Source: Lytechinus pictus (taxonomy: Eukaryota). From it: 64,000 nt of DNA. The notes under the pieces were generated by a model. The model was not told the DNA's origin and ran no database searches. It saw nothing but the letters and a program-made list of their open reading frames with translations. This document shows, one piece after another, positions 11,464-24,939 of the stretch. Location of the stretch: contig NC_087263.1 of the NCBI RefSeq assembly GCF_037042905.1, positions 12,588,001 through 12,652,000 on the forward strand. The letters run 5' to 3'. Every line of letters begins with the position of its first letter. The first letter of the stretch is position 1. A program made the translations under genes and the position numbers.

Positions 11464-14400
11464 GGGGTTTCCCTTCTTTCAATTTGTAAAGAAAAACAAC
11501 GGGCTAGTGCTTAAATTTTAGTAGCCCACACCCCTATATACTCTATGTGTTTTCGTATATTGAGGAGTAAATTTCAACTAAAAGTCCTCTTTATAAAATA
11601 CAATTGGAAGATTGCTCCTGAAATTTATTTTGGGTGTGTGTAGGGGGGTTTCCCTTCTTTCAATTTGTAAAGAAAAACAACTGGCTAGTGCTTTAATTTT
11701 AGTAGCCCACACCCCTATATACTCTATGTGTTTTCGTATATTGAGGAGTAAATTTCAACTAAAAGTCCTCTTTATAAAATACAATTGGAAGATTGCTCCT
11801 GAAATTTATTTTGGGTGTGTGTAGGGGGGTTTCCCTTCTTTCAATTTGTAAAGAAAAACAACTAGCTAGTGCTTTAATTTTAGTAGCCCACACCCCTATA
11901 TACTCTATGTGTTTTCGTATATTGAGGAGTAAATTTCAACTAAAAGTCCTCTTTATAAAATACAATTGGAAGATTGCTCCTGAAATATATTTTGGGTGTG
12001 TGTAGGGGGGGTTTCCCTTCTTTCAATTTGTAAAGAAAAACAAGGGGCTAGTGCTTTAGTTTTAGTAGCCCACACCTCTATATACTCTATGTTTTTTCGT
12101 ATATTGAGGAGTAAATTTGAACTAAAAGTCCTCTTTATAAAATACAATTGGAAGATTGCTCCTGAAATATATTTTGGGTGTGTGGAGGGGGGTTTCCCTT
12201 CTTTCAATTTGTAAAGAAAAACAAGGGGCTTGTGCCTTCGATTTAGTAGCCCACACTCATATACACTCCTATATATTCCTCGTTTTTATATATATTGAGG
12301 AGTAAATTTGAACTAAAAGTCCTCTTTATAAAATACAATTGGAAGATTGCTCCTGAAATTTATTTTGGGTGTGTGTAAGGGGGTTTCCCTTCTTTTAATT
12401 TGTAAAGAAAAACAACGGGCTAGTGCTTTAATTTTAGTAGCCCACACCCCTATATACTCTGTGTGTTTTCGTATATTGAGGAGTAAATTTCAACTAAAAG
12501 TCCTCTTTATAAAATACAATTGGAAGATTGCTCCTGAAATATATTTTGGGAGTGTGGAGGGGGGTTTCCCTTCTTTCAATTTGTAAAGAAAAACAAGGGG
12601 CTTGTGCCTTCGTTTTAGTAGCCCACACTCATATACACTCCTATATATTCCTCGTTTTTATATATATTGAGGAGTAAATTTGAACTAAAAGTCCTCTTTA
12701 TAAAATACAATTGGAAGATTGCTCCTGAAATATATTTTGGGTGTGTGTAGGGGGGTTTCCCTTCTTTCAATTTGTAAAGAAAAACAAGGGGCTAGTGCTT
12801 TAGTTTTAGTAGCCCACACCTCTATATACTCTATGTTTTTTCGTATATTGAGGAGTAAATTTGAACTAAAAGTCCTCTTTATAAAATACAATTGGAAGAT
12901 TGCTCCTGAAATTTATTTTGGGTGTGTGTAGGGGGGTTTCCCTTCTTTCAATTTGTAAAGAAAAACAACTGGCTAGTGCTTTAATTTTAGTAGCCCACAC
13001 CCCTATATACTCTATGTGTTTTCGTATATTGAGGAGTAAATTTCAACTAAAAGTCCTCTTTATAAAATACAATTGGAAGATTGCTCCTGAAATATATTTT
13101 GGGTGTGTGTAGGGGGGTTTCCCTTCTTTCAATTTGTAAAGAAAAACAAGGGGCTAGTGCTTTAGTTTTAGTAGCCCACACCTCTATATACTCCTATATA
13201 TTCCTCGTTTTTATATATATTGAGGAGTAAATTTGAACTAAAAGTCCTCTTTATAAAATACAATTGGAAGATTGCTCCTGAAATATATTTTGGGTGTGTG
13301 GAGGGGGGTTTCCCTTCTTTCAATTTGTAAAGAAAAACAAGGGGCTTGTGCCTTCGATTTAGTAGCCCACACTCATATACACTCCTATATATTCCTCGTT
13401 TTTATATATATTGAGGAGTAAATTTGAACTAAAAGTCCTCTTTATAAAATACAATTGGAAGATTGCTCCTGAAATTTATTTTGGGTGTGTGTAGGGGGGT
13501 TTCCCTTCTTTCAATTCGTAAAGAAACACAACGGGCTAGTGCTTTAATTTTAGTAGCCCACACCCTTATATACTCCTATATATTCCACGTTTTTATATAT
13601 ATTGAGGAGTAAATTTGAACTAAAAGTCCTCTTTATAAAATACAATTGGAAGATTGCTCCTGAAATATATTTTGGGTGTGTGGAGGGGGATTTCCCTTCT
13701 TTCAATTTGTAAAGAAAAACAACGGGCTAGTGCTTTAGTTTTAGTAGCCCACACCCCTATACACTCTATGTATTTTCGTGTATTGAGGAGTAAATTTCAA
13801 CTAAAAGTCCTCTTTATAAAATACAATTGGAAGATTGCTCCTGAAATATATTTTGGGTGTGTGTAGGGGGGTTTCCCTTCTTTCGATTTGTAAAGAAAAA
13901 CAAGGGGCTAGTGCTTTAATTTTAGTAGCCCACACCCCTATATACTCTATGTTTTTTCGTATATTGAGGAGTAAATTTCAACTAAAAGTCCTCTTTATAA
14001 AATACAATTGGAAGATTGCTCCTGAAATTTATTTTGGGTGTGTGTAGGGGGGTTTCCCTTCTTTCAATTTGTAAAGAAAAACAACTGGCTAGTGCTTTAA
14101 TTTTAGTAGCCCACACCCCTATATACTCTATGTGTTTTCGTATATTGAGGAGTAAATTTCAACTAAAAGTCCTCTTTATAAAATACAATTGGAAGATTGC
14201 TCCTGAAATATATTTTGGGTGTGTGTAGGGGGGGTTTCCCTTCTTTCAATTTGTAAAGAAAAACAAGGGGCTAGTGCTTTAATTTTAGTAGCCCACACCT
14301 TTATATACTCTAGGTTTTTTCGTATATTGAGTAGTAAATTTGAACTAAAAGTCCTCTTTATAAAATACAATTGGAAGATTGCTCCTGAAATATATTTTGG

Positions 14401-17400
14401 GTGTGTGGAGGGGGGTTTCCCTTCTTTCAATTTGTAAAGAAAAACAACGGGCTAGTGCCTTAGTTTTTGTAGCCCACACTCATATACATTCCTATATATT
14501 CCACGTTTTTATATATATTGAGGAGTAAATTTGAACTAAAAGTCCTCTTTATAAAATACAATTGGAAAATTGCTCCTGAAATATATTTTGGGTGTGTGGA
14601 GGGGGGTTTCCCTTCTTTCAATTTGTAAAGAAAAACAACGGGCTAGTGCTTTAGTTTTAGTAGCCCTTACCCCTATATACTCTATGTTTTTTCGTGTATT
14701 GAGGAGTAAATTTGAACTAAAAGTCCTCTTTATAAAATACAATTGGAAGATTGCTCCTGAAATATATTTTTGGTGTGTGGAGGGGGGTTTCCTTTCTTTC
14801 AATTCGTAACGAAAAACAAGGGGCTAGTGCCTTCGTTTTAGTAGCCCACACTCATATACACTCCTATATATTCCACGTTTTTATATATATTGAGGAGTAA
14901 ATTTGAACTAAAAGTCCTCTTTATAAAATACAATTGGAAGATTGCTCCTGAAATTTATTTTGGGTGTGTGTAAGGGGGTTTCCCTTCTTTTAATTTGTAA
15001 AGAAAAACAACGGGCTAGTGCTTTAATTTTAGTAGCCCACACCCCTATATACTCTGTGTGTTTTCGTATATTGAGGAGTAAATTTGAACTAAAAGTCCTC
15101 TTTATAAAATACAATTGGAAGATTGCTCCTGAAATATATTTTGGGTGTGTGGAGGGGGATTTCCCTTCTTTCAATTTGTAAAGAAAAACAACGGGCTAGT
15201 GCTTTAGTTTTAGTAGCCCACACCCCTATACACTCTATGTATTTTCGTGTATTGAGGAGTAAATTTCAACTAAAAGTCCTCTTTATAAAATACAATTGGA
15301 AGATTGCTCCTGAAATATATTTTGGGTGTGTGTAGGGGGGTTTCCCTTCTTTCGATTTGTAAAGAAAAACAACGGGCTAGTGCTTTAATTTTAGTAGCCC
15401 ACACCCCTATATACTCTATGTTTTTTCGTATATTGAGGAGTAAATTTCAACTAAAAGTCCTCTTTATAAAATACAATTGGAAGATTGCTCCTGAAATTTA
15501 TTTTGGGTGTGTGTAGGGGGGTTTCCCTTCTTTCAATTTGTAAAGAAAAACAACTGGCTAGTGCTTTAATTTTAGTAGCCCACACCCCTATACACTCTAT
15601 GTATTTTCGTGTATTGAGGAGTAAATTTCAACTAAAAGTCCTCTTTATAAAATACAATTGGAAGATTGCTCCTGAAATATATTTTGGGTGCGTGTAGGGG
15701 GGTTTCCCTTCTTTCGATTTGTAAAGAAAAACAACGGGCTAGTGCTTTAATTTTAGTAGCCCACACCCCTATATACTCTATGTTTTTTCGTATATTGAGG
15801 AGTAAATTTCAACTAAAAGTCCTCTTTATAAAATACAATTGGAAGATTGCTCCTGAAATTTATTTTGGGTGTGTGTAGGGGGGTTTCCCTTCTTTCAATT
15901 TGTAAAGAAAAACAACTGGCTAGTGCTTTAATTTTAGTAGCCCACACCCCTATATACTCTATGTTTTTTCGTATATTGAGGAGTAAATTTGAACTAAAAG
16001 TCCTCTTTATAAAATACAATTGGAAGATTGCTCCTGAAATATATTTTGGGTGTGTGGAGGGGGGTTTCCCTTCTTTCAATTTGTAAAGAAAAACAAGGGG
16101 CTTGTGCCTTCGATTTAGTAGCCCACACTCATATACACTCCTATATATTCCTCGTTTTTATATATATTGAGGAGTAAATTTGAACTAAAAGTCCTTTTTA
16201 TAAAATACAATTGGAAGATTGCTCCTGAAATATATTTTGGGTGTGTGTAGGGGGGTTTCCCTTCTTTCGATTTGTAAAGAAAAACAACGGGCTAGTGCTT
16301 TAGTTTTAGTAGCCCACACCCCTATATACTCTATGTTTTTTCGTATATTGAGGAGTAAATTTCAACTAAAAGTCCTCTTTATAAAATACAATTGGAAGAT
16401 TGCTCCTGAAATTTATTTTGGGTGTGTGTAGGGGGGTTTCCCTTCTTTCAATTTGTAAAGAAAAACAACTGGCTAGTGCTTTAATTTTAGTAGCCCACAC
16501 CCCTATATACTCTATGTGTTTTCGTATATTGAGGAGTAAATTTCAACTAAAAGTCCTCTTTATAAAATACAATTGGAAGATTGCTCCTGAAATATATTTT
16601 GGGTGTGTGTAGGGGGGGTTTCCCTTCTTTCAATTTGTAAAGAAAAACAAGGGGCTAGTGCTTTAGTTTTAGTAGCCCACACCTCTATATACTCTATGTT
16701 TTTTCGTATATTGAGGAGTAAATTTGAACTAAAAGTCCTCTTTATAAAATACAATTGGAAGATTGCTCCTGAAATATATTTTGGGTGTGTGGAGGGGGGT
16801 TTCCCTTCTTTCAATTTGTAAAGAAAAACAACGGGCTAGTGCCTTAATTTTAGTAGCCCACACCCCTATATACTCTATGTTTTTTCGTATATTGAGGAGT
16901 AAATTTCAACTAAAAGTCCTCTTTATAAAATACAATTGGAAAATTGCTCCTGAAATATATTTTGGGTGTGTGGAGGGGGGTTTCCCTTCTTTCAATTTGT
17001 AAAGAAAAACAACGGGCTAGTGCTTTAGTTTTAGTAGCCCTTACCCCTATATACTCTATGTTTTTTCGTGTATTGAGGAGTAAATTTGAACTAAAAGTCC
17101 TCTTTATAAAATACAATTGGAAGATTGCTCCTGAAATATATTTTGGGTGTGTGGAGGGGGGTTTCCCTTCTTTCGATTTGTAAAGAAAAACAACGGGCTA
17201 GTGCTTTAATTTTAGTAGCCCACACCCCTATATACTCTATGTTTTTTCGTATATTGAGGAGTAAATTTCAACTAAAAGTCCTCTTTATAAAATACAATTG
17301 GAAGATTGCTCCTGAAATTTATTTTGGGTGTGTGTAGGGGGGTTTCCCTTCTTTCAATTTGTAAAGAAAAACAACTGGCTAGTGCTTTAATTTTAGTAGC

Positions 17401-20400
17401 CCACACCCCTATACACTCTATGTATTTTCGTGTATTGAGGAGTAAATTTCAACTAAAAGTCCTCTTTATAAAATACAATTGGAAGATTGCTCCTGAAATA
17501 TATTTTGGGTGTGTGTAGGGGGGTTTCCCTTCTTTCGATTTGTAAAGAAAAACAACGGGCTAGTGCTTTAATTTTAGTAGCCCACACCCCTATATACTCT
17601 ATGTTTTTTCGTATATTGAGGAGTAAATTTCAACTAAAAGTCCTCTTTATAAAATACAATTGGAAGATTGCTCCTGAAATTTATTTTGGGTGTGTGTAGG
17701 GGGGTTTCCCTTCTTTCAATTTGTAAAGAAAAACAACTGGCTAGTGCTTTAATTTTAGTAGCCCACACCCCTATATACTCTATGTTTTTTCGTATATTGA
17801 GGAGTAAATTTGAACTAAAAGTCCTCTTTATAAAATACAATTGGAAGATTGCTCCTGAAATATATTTTGGGTGTGTGGAGGGGGGTTTCCCTTCTTTCAA
17901 TTTGTAAAGAAAAACAAGGGGCTTGTGCCTTCGATTTAGTAGCCCACACTCATATACACTCCTATATATTCCTCGTTTTTATATATATTGAGGAGTAAAT
18001 TTGAACTAAAAGTCCTTTTTATAAAATACAATTGGAAGATTGCTCCTGAAATATATTTTGGGTGTGTGTAGGGGGGTTTCCCTTCTTTCGATTTGTAAAG
18101 AAAAACAACGGGCTAGTGCTTTAGTTTTAGTAGCCCACACCCCTATATACTCTATGTTTTTTCGTATATTGAGGAGTAAATTTCAACTAAAAGTCCTCTT
18201 TATAAAATACAATTGGAAGATTGCTCCTGAAATTTATTTTGGGTGTGTGTAGGGGGGTTTCCCTTCTTTCAATTTGTAAAGAAAAACAACTGGCTAGTGC
18301 TTTAATTTTAGTAGCCCACACCCCTATATACTCTATGTGTTTTCGTATATTGAGGAGTAAATTTCAACTAAAAGTCCTCTTTATAAAATACAATTGGAAG
18401 ATTGCTCCTGAAATATATTTTGGGTGTGTGTAGGGGGGGTTTCCCTTCTTTCAATTTGTAAAGAAAAACAAGGGGCTAGTGCTTTAGTTTTAGTAGCCCA
18501 CACCTCTATATACTCTATGTTTTTTCGTATATTGAGGAGTAAATTTGAACTAAAAGTCCTCTTTATAAAATACAATTGGAAGATTGCTCCTGAAATATAT
18601 TTTGGGTGTGTGGAGGGGGGTTTCCCTTCTTTCAATTTGTAAAGAAAAACAACGGGCTAGTGCCTTAATTTTAGTAGCCCACACCCCTATATACTCTATG
18701 TTTTTTCGTATATTGAGGAGTAAATTTCAACTAAAAGTCCTCTTTATAAAATACAATTGGAAAATTGCTCCTGAAATATATTTTGGGTGTGTGGAGGGGG
18801 GTTTCCCTTCTTTCAATTTGTAAAGAAAAACAACGGGCTAGTGCTTTAGTTTTAGTAGCCCTTACCCCTATATACTCTATGTTTTTTCGTGTATTGAGGA
18901 GTAAATTTGAACTAAAAGTCCTCTTTATAAAATACAATTGGAAGATTGCTCCTGAAATATATTTTGGGTGTGTGGAGGGGGGTTTCCCTTCTTTCGATTT
19001 GTAAAGAAAAACAACGGGCTAGTGCTTTAATTTTAGTAGCCCACACCCCTATATACTCTATGTTTTTTCGTATATTGAGGAGTAAATTTCAACTAAAAGT
19101 CCTCTTTATAAAATACAATTGGAAGATTGCTCCTGAAATTTATTTTGGGTGTGTGTAGGGGGGTTTCCCTTCTTTCAATTTGTAAAGAAAAACAACTGGC
19201 TAGTGCTTTAATTTTAGTAGCCCACACCCCTATACACTCTATGTATTTTCGTGTATTGAGGAGTAAATTTCAACTAAAAGTCCTCTTTATAAAATACAAT
19301 TGGAAGATTGCTCCTGAAATATATTTTGGGTGTGTGTAGGGGGGTTTCCCTTCTTTCGATTTGTAAAGAAAAACAACGGGCTAGTGCTTTAATTTTAGTA
19401 GCCCACACCCCTATATACTCTATGTTTTTTCGTATATTGAGGAGTAAATTTCAACTAAAAGTCCTCTTTATAAAATACAATTGGAAGATTGCTCCTGAAA
19501 TTTATTTTGGGTGTGTGTAGGGGGGTTTCCCTTCTTTCAATTTGTAAAGAAAAACAACTGGCTAGTGCTTTAATTTTAGTAGCCCACACCCCTATATACT
19601 CTATGTTTTTTCGTATATTGAGGAGTAAATTTGAACTAAAAGTCCTCTTTATAAAATACAATTGGAAGATTGCTCCTGAAATATATTTTGGGTGTGTGGA
19701 GGGGGGTTTCCCTTCTTTCAATTTGTAAAGAAAAACAAGGGGCTTGTGCCTTCGATTTAGTAGCCCACACTCATATACACTCCTATATATTCCTCGTTTT
19801 TATATATATTGAGGAGTAAATTTGAACTAAAAGTCCTTTTTATAAAATACAATTGGAAGATTGCTCCTGAAATATATTTTGGGTGTGTGTAGGGGGGTTT
19901 CCCTTCTTTCGATTTGTAAAGAAAAACAACGGGCTAGTGCTTTAGTTTTAGTAGCCCACACCCCTATATACTCTATGTTTTTTCGTATATTGAGGAGTAA
20001 ATTTCAACTAAAAGTCCTCTTTATAAAATACAATTGGAAGATTGCTCCTGAAATATATTTTGGGTGTGTGGAGGGGGGTTTCCCTTCTTTCAATTTGTAA
20101 AGAAAAACAACGGGCTAGTGCCTTAATTTTAGTAGCCCACACCCCTATATACTCTATGTTTTTTCGTATATTGAGGAGTAAATTTCAACTAAAAGTCCTC
20201 TTTATAAAATACAATTGGAAAATTGCTCCTGAAATATATTTTGGGTGTGTGGAGGGGGGTTTCCCTTCTTTCAATTTGTAAAGAAAAACAACGGGCTAGT
20301 GCTTTAGTTTTAGTAGCCCTTACCCCTATATACTCTATGTTTTTTCGTGTATTGAGGAGTAAATTTGAACTAAAAGTCCTCTTTATAAAATACAATTGGA

Positions 20401-21490
20401 AGATTGCTCCTGAAATATATTTTTGGTGTGTGGAGGGGGGTTTCCTTTCTTTCAATTCGTAAAGAAAAACAAGGGGCTAGTGCCTTCGTTTTAGTAGCCC
20501 ACACTCATATACACTCCTATATATTCCACGTTTTTATATATATTGAGGAGTAAATTTGAACTAAAAGTCCTCTTTATAAAATACAATTGGAAGATTGCTC
20601 CTGAAATTTATTTTGGGTGTGTGTAAGGGGGTTTCCCTTCTTTTAATTTGTAAAGAAAAACAACGGGCTAGTGCTTTAATTTTAGTAGCCCACACCCCTA
20701 TATACTCTGTGTGTTTTCGTATATTGAGGAGTAAATTTGAACTAAAAGTCCTCTTTATAAAATACAATTGGAAGATTGCTCCTGAAATATATTTTGGGAG
20801 TGTGGAGGGGGGTTTCCCTTCTTTCAATTTGTAAAGAAAAACAAGGGGCTTGTGCCTTCGTTTTAGTAGCCCACACTCATATACACTCCTATATATTCCT
20901 CGTTTTTATATATATTGAGGAGTAAATTTGAACTAAAAGTCCTCTTTATAAAATACAATTGGAAGATTGCTCCTGAAATATATTTTGGGTGTGTGTAGGG
21001 GGGTTTCCCTTCTTTCAATTTGTAAAGAAAAACAAGGGGCTAGTGCTTTAGTTTTAGTAGCCCACACCTCTATATACTCCTATATATTCCTCGTTTTTAT
21101 ATATATTGAGGAGTAAATTTGAACTAAAAGTCCTCTTTATAAAATACAATTGGAAGATTGCTCCTGAAATTTATTTTGGGTGTGTGTAGGGGGGTTTCCC
21201 TTCTTTCAATTCGTAAAGAAACACAACGGGCTAGTGCTTTAATTTTAGTAGCCCACACCCTTATATACTCCTATATATTCCACGTTTTTATATATATTGA
21301 GGAGTAAATTTGAACTAAAAGTCCTCTTTATAAACTACAATTGGAAGATTGCTCCTGAAATATATTTTGGGTTTGTGGAGGGGGGGGGGTTAATATCTCT
21401 CAATTTGTAAACAAAAAGAAAGGGCTAGTACTTTAGTTTTAGTAGCCCACACTTCTATATACTCCAGTTTTAAGAATATTGAGGAGTATG
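11464..21490 (+). repeat. Satellite array (left arm): ~54-55 monomers of 181 bp with 182/191-bp variants and a 1821-bp higher-order repeat
   Basis: ATTGGAAGATTGCTCCTGAAAT recurs every 181 or 191 bp. Identical variant blocks lie 1821 bp apart (16219/18040/19861 and 15813/17634/19455). Confidence 0.97.
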
Positions 21491-22099
21491 TAAAAAAAAA
21501 AGTTCCTGATAAATGAAGAAAGCTATCGTATTTTTGAAGGGGGTGACCCTTTTTATTCAATTTTACAGTGCGTATCAATAAAAACGGGACAGTTATGAAA
21601 CGTCTATCAAAATACCCTTTTGAATTATGATGTCTATATTTTGATGTTCATAGATGCTCTGAAATCTTATCGATCAAATTCAAAATGTTTTTTTTTTTAA
21701 TTTGTTCATGCTTGAGTGCACACGAGATGGTTTTGTCGGGGGTTCAAATATAGGATTGCGCTAAGTGGTAGGAAATGAAGTGTATGGTTATAAGACTTCT
21801 TGCCAATCAGCAGATTATTTTTGCCATAGTTTTCAGATTTTGGTCGCAAATGTCACGTACAAAGCTGTATATTTACTTTACGTTTTCATTTCAATAAATT
21901 ATTTTTTTAGCAATGAATATTCTTTCATACTAACATTTTTTGTCAACCAAGAATGACCCAATTTGTAATTAGGAATTTGAGAGCTTGTAATCAATTCAAA
22001 CCATTTTATTTTATGCAACAAGCAGATAAATCCTTTTCTGTTAGAATTGATAATTTAATATCCTATCTAACACACAATTATAATGATTTGAATAAAGTA

Positions 22100-23317
22100 C
22101 AGCAAATTCACCCTATTAACAACTAACAATTAACAATTAGGGGTTTGGTAAATGATAACATCTGTTCTCGTTGTGAAGTAGAGGAAGATATTCATCACGC
22201 TTTCATTTCTTGTGATTTGAACAAACCATTCTTTGAATTTTTGAAAAAAATAATCCAGCAAATATTTCATAAAGATTTAGAAATCAATCATTAAAACTTT
22301 GTTTAAACATGAAGTAGACGAAAAATTAGTTTTACTTCTGACTATCGCACTTTGGTGCATTCACAAAGTCATCGTTTTAAGAAACATGAGTGGAAACGAA
22401 AAGAAAGGCAATCCCAGAAGGAAAAACCAGTAAGGCTGGACCAGTTACACCAGTAAAATTTAATTGGTAACTCTGGAAATTGGAACAAAATATACTGGTC
22501 TGCTATAAGCTGGACCAGTAATTTTTTGATGGTCAAATTTAACTGGACCAGTATAATTTTAACTGGACCAGTAACAAATATACTGGTCAAACTAACTGGA
22601 CCAGTAATAATTTTACTGGTCCAATTGAACTGGACCAGTACAAATTGTGGTGGACCAGTAATTTTACTGGTCAAATTATACTGGACCAGTACAATTTTTG
22701 CTGGACCAGTAATAATTTTACTGGTCAAATTAAACTGGACCAGTACAATTTTTGCTGGACCAGTAATAATTTTACTGGTCAAATTAAACTGGGCCAGCAC
22801 AATTTTTGCTGGACCAGTAATAATTTTACTGGTCAAATTAAACTGGACCAGTACAATTTTTGCTGGACCAGTAATAATTTTACTGGTCAAATTAAACTGG
22901 ACCAGTACAATTTTTGCTGGACCAGTAATAATTTTACTGGTCAAATTAAACTGGGCCAGTACAATTTTTGCTGGACCAGTAATAATTTTACTGGTCAAAT
23001 TAAACTGGATCTGAAATTCATATTTTTAAGAGAAATAGAAAGAAGAATAGAAATGAAACCTCGGTACAGGAAAAGATATGTTCATCTACCCAAAGAGATT
23101 ATGGAATATATTTGAAACACTGTGAATTTCATGTTTCCATTTAATGTTTTTTTTTAATTTATGTTAAAGATTACGTAAGATTATTGCACAATTACATTAT
23201 TATGTAAATTTTTGTTTTAATTTCTGAAATTTCCTGTAATGTCATGTATGCTCATTTTCATAATGTGTTATGTTGTTTTGTTGTAAATAAAATCCTCTAA
23301 TTGAGGCCAAAAAAAAA
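22100..23317 (+). mobile_element. 3' fragment of an L1/Tx1-clade LINE (ORF2 zinc-knuckle, 3'UTR, polyA)
   Basis: From 22142 it translates GLVNDNICSRCEVEEDIHHAFISC (CxxC..ExxxH.F..C), then LLLTIALWCIHK...KKGN, and after the insert LKFIFLREIERRIEMK...EYI*. AATAAA at ~23286 and an A-tract at 23309-23317. Confidence 0.75.
22413..23008. repeat. 60-bp minisatellite (ACTGGACCAGT-based), probably an EnSpm/CACTA-like non-autonomous insert
   Basis: Exact 60-bp period from ~22680 to 23008. Starts CCCAG and ends CTGG, flanked by AT(C). Removing it restores the LINE frame (ggc aat ctg aaa). Confidence 0.8.
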
Positions 23318-23719
23318 TGCAATTAGGCATTTCTTGGGTTGACTTTTATCAATTATTAAATATGCAATCCTAAAAAATAACTTTTTTTTTAAGTAACTAA
23401 ATAAGTTTGTGAGTGAATTTTGAAACATAATTTTAAAAACAATGGCAAAACTAATGAAAATGTTAAGAGGAAGTTTACTGCTTAGCAGGAAGTCTAATGA
23501 CCATATATTTTGTTTCCTCTCATTTCTGCACAAACCTATTTTTGAACCCTTGACAAATCTCGTGTTCGTTCAAGCATGAACAAAATTTATTTCTTAAAAT
23601 TGCATTTAAAATATAAGGTTTCAGAGCATCTATAAACATCAAAATATAGACATCATAATTTGAAAAGAATTTTTGATAGACTTTTCAAAACTGTCCAGTT
23701 TTTATTGATACGCACTGTA

Positions 23720-24440
23720 TTGATAGAATGAAGGGGCTTGTCCTTTGATAAGGTTCACTGGCCCTCTCTTATTATTTGTGCCCTTTTAAAAAGTATTTCT
23801 TTTTTACTATTGAGGGGTGAATACAAATGAAAGTATTCTTGACTGAAAAGCAAAAGTGAAGATTGCCCCTGAAAGAAATTTCGGGTGTTTGTGGAGGGGA
23901 GTTTCCCTTCTGTCAATTCGTTTATAAAGGGGGGGGGTTAGTGCCTACATTTCAGTAGCCCACACTCCTATATATTATTTATATCCTTGTTTTGTCCTTA
24001 TTTTAGTGTTGACAGTAATTGGGGATTAAATAAAATTAAAAAACCTCCTGATAGCAAACGGAAATATAGCTCCTAGAAGACCATTCGGTTGTTTGTAGGA
24101 AGTTTATGAAACCTCATTTCAATTTTTGGATACTAAGAAGGGCTAGGGCTGATTTGTTTAGTTGCCCGCACTCCTATAATATACTCGATGTTTTACAAAT
24201 ATTGAGAATGATATAATGGAAAAGGATTGCCTGTTGAAAGCAAATAGAAAGATTGCTCCTGGTAGAGCTTTCAGTTGTTTGTAGGGGGTTTCACATATTT
24301 GCAATCTAGGGAACTTACAAACAAGGGGCTAGTCCTAAAGTTGAAAAAAAATAGTGATCCCACCCTCCTGGGAAGATTGATCCATAAAGAAATTTCGGGT
24401 ATGTGGAGCGAGTTCCCTAATTCCTTCAATACGTTTGTAT
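23720..24440 (+). repeat. Degenerate inner monomers of the 181-bp satellite
   Basis: GATTGCCCCTGAAA, GTAGCCCACACTCCTATA and AAGGGGCTAGT motifs recur at roughly monomer spacing with many substitutions. Confidence 0.75.
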
Positions 24441-24939
24441 TAACAAGTGGCAAGTGCGCGTACACACACACACACAAACACACACCATCACACTGACACA
24501 CCCTCACACGGACATATATACATATATATATATAAATTCATATTTTTTTGTATATAACTTCGAGGGAATTGAAAAAAAAATGGTTGGAATTTATGAGGGC
24601 TCCAGCCCACAAAAGCCATCCCCCTCTCCATCTGTACGCCAGTGTTGATAACAAAAGAGAGTCAGAATAACAGCTATAGAAACAAGTGACCAAGCGAGAA
24701 AATTTCTTGGGTATTGAAAGTTAATTTGCATTATACACCACTTAAAAAGCCTAAACAGTGCGAATTATATTTCTGTTTCACAATGCTCTTTTTCGCGTAT
24801 TATCTTGCTTCAAAACAAAAATAAGTGGGGTTAATGATGGAGAAGGCCGTAGCCCCCTTAACCCTATCTAGCCCGAGGAGGAGGGGGAAGCTTAATAAGC
24901 CTTGACATTTTTCGCTAAACGTCTGTAATGGGCTAATAA

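Larger units (their letters stand above)
21566..23717. mobile_element. Non-autonomous Tc1/mariner-type element with long TIRs
   Basis: TA|CAGTGCGTATCAATAAAAAC at the left end and GTTTTTATTGATACGCACTG|TA at the right. Imperfect inverted repeats extend ~280 bp. It is inserted in a degenerate satellite monomer. Confidence 0.88.

Noticed and set aside
22369..23115. Repetitive 156-209 aa ORFs
   Set aside because: They arise from a 60-bp (multiple of 3) minisatellite open in several frames. Only the tail after 23009 is LINE-derived.
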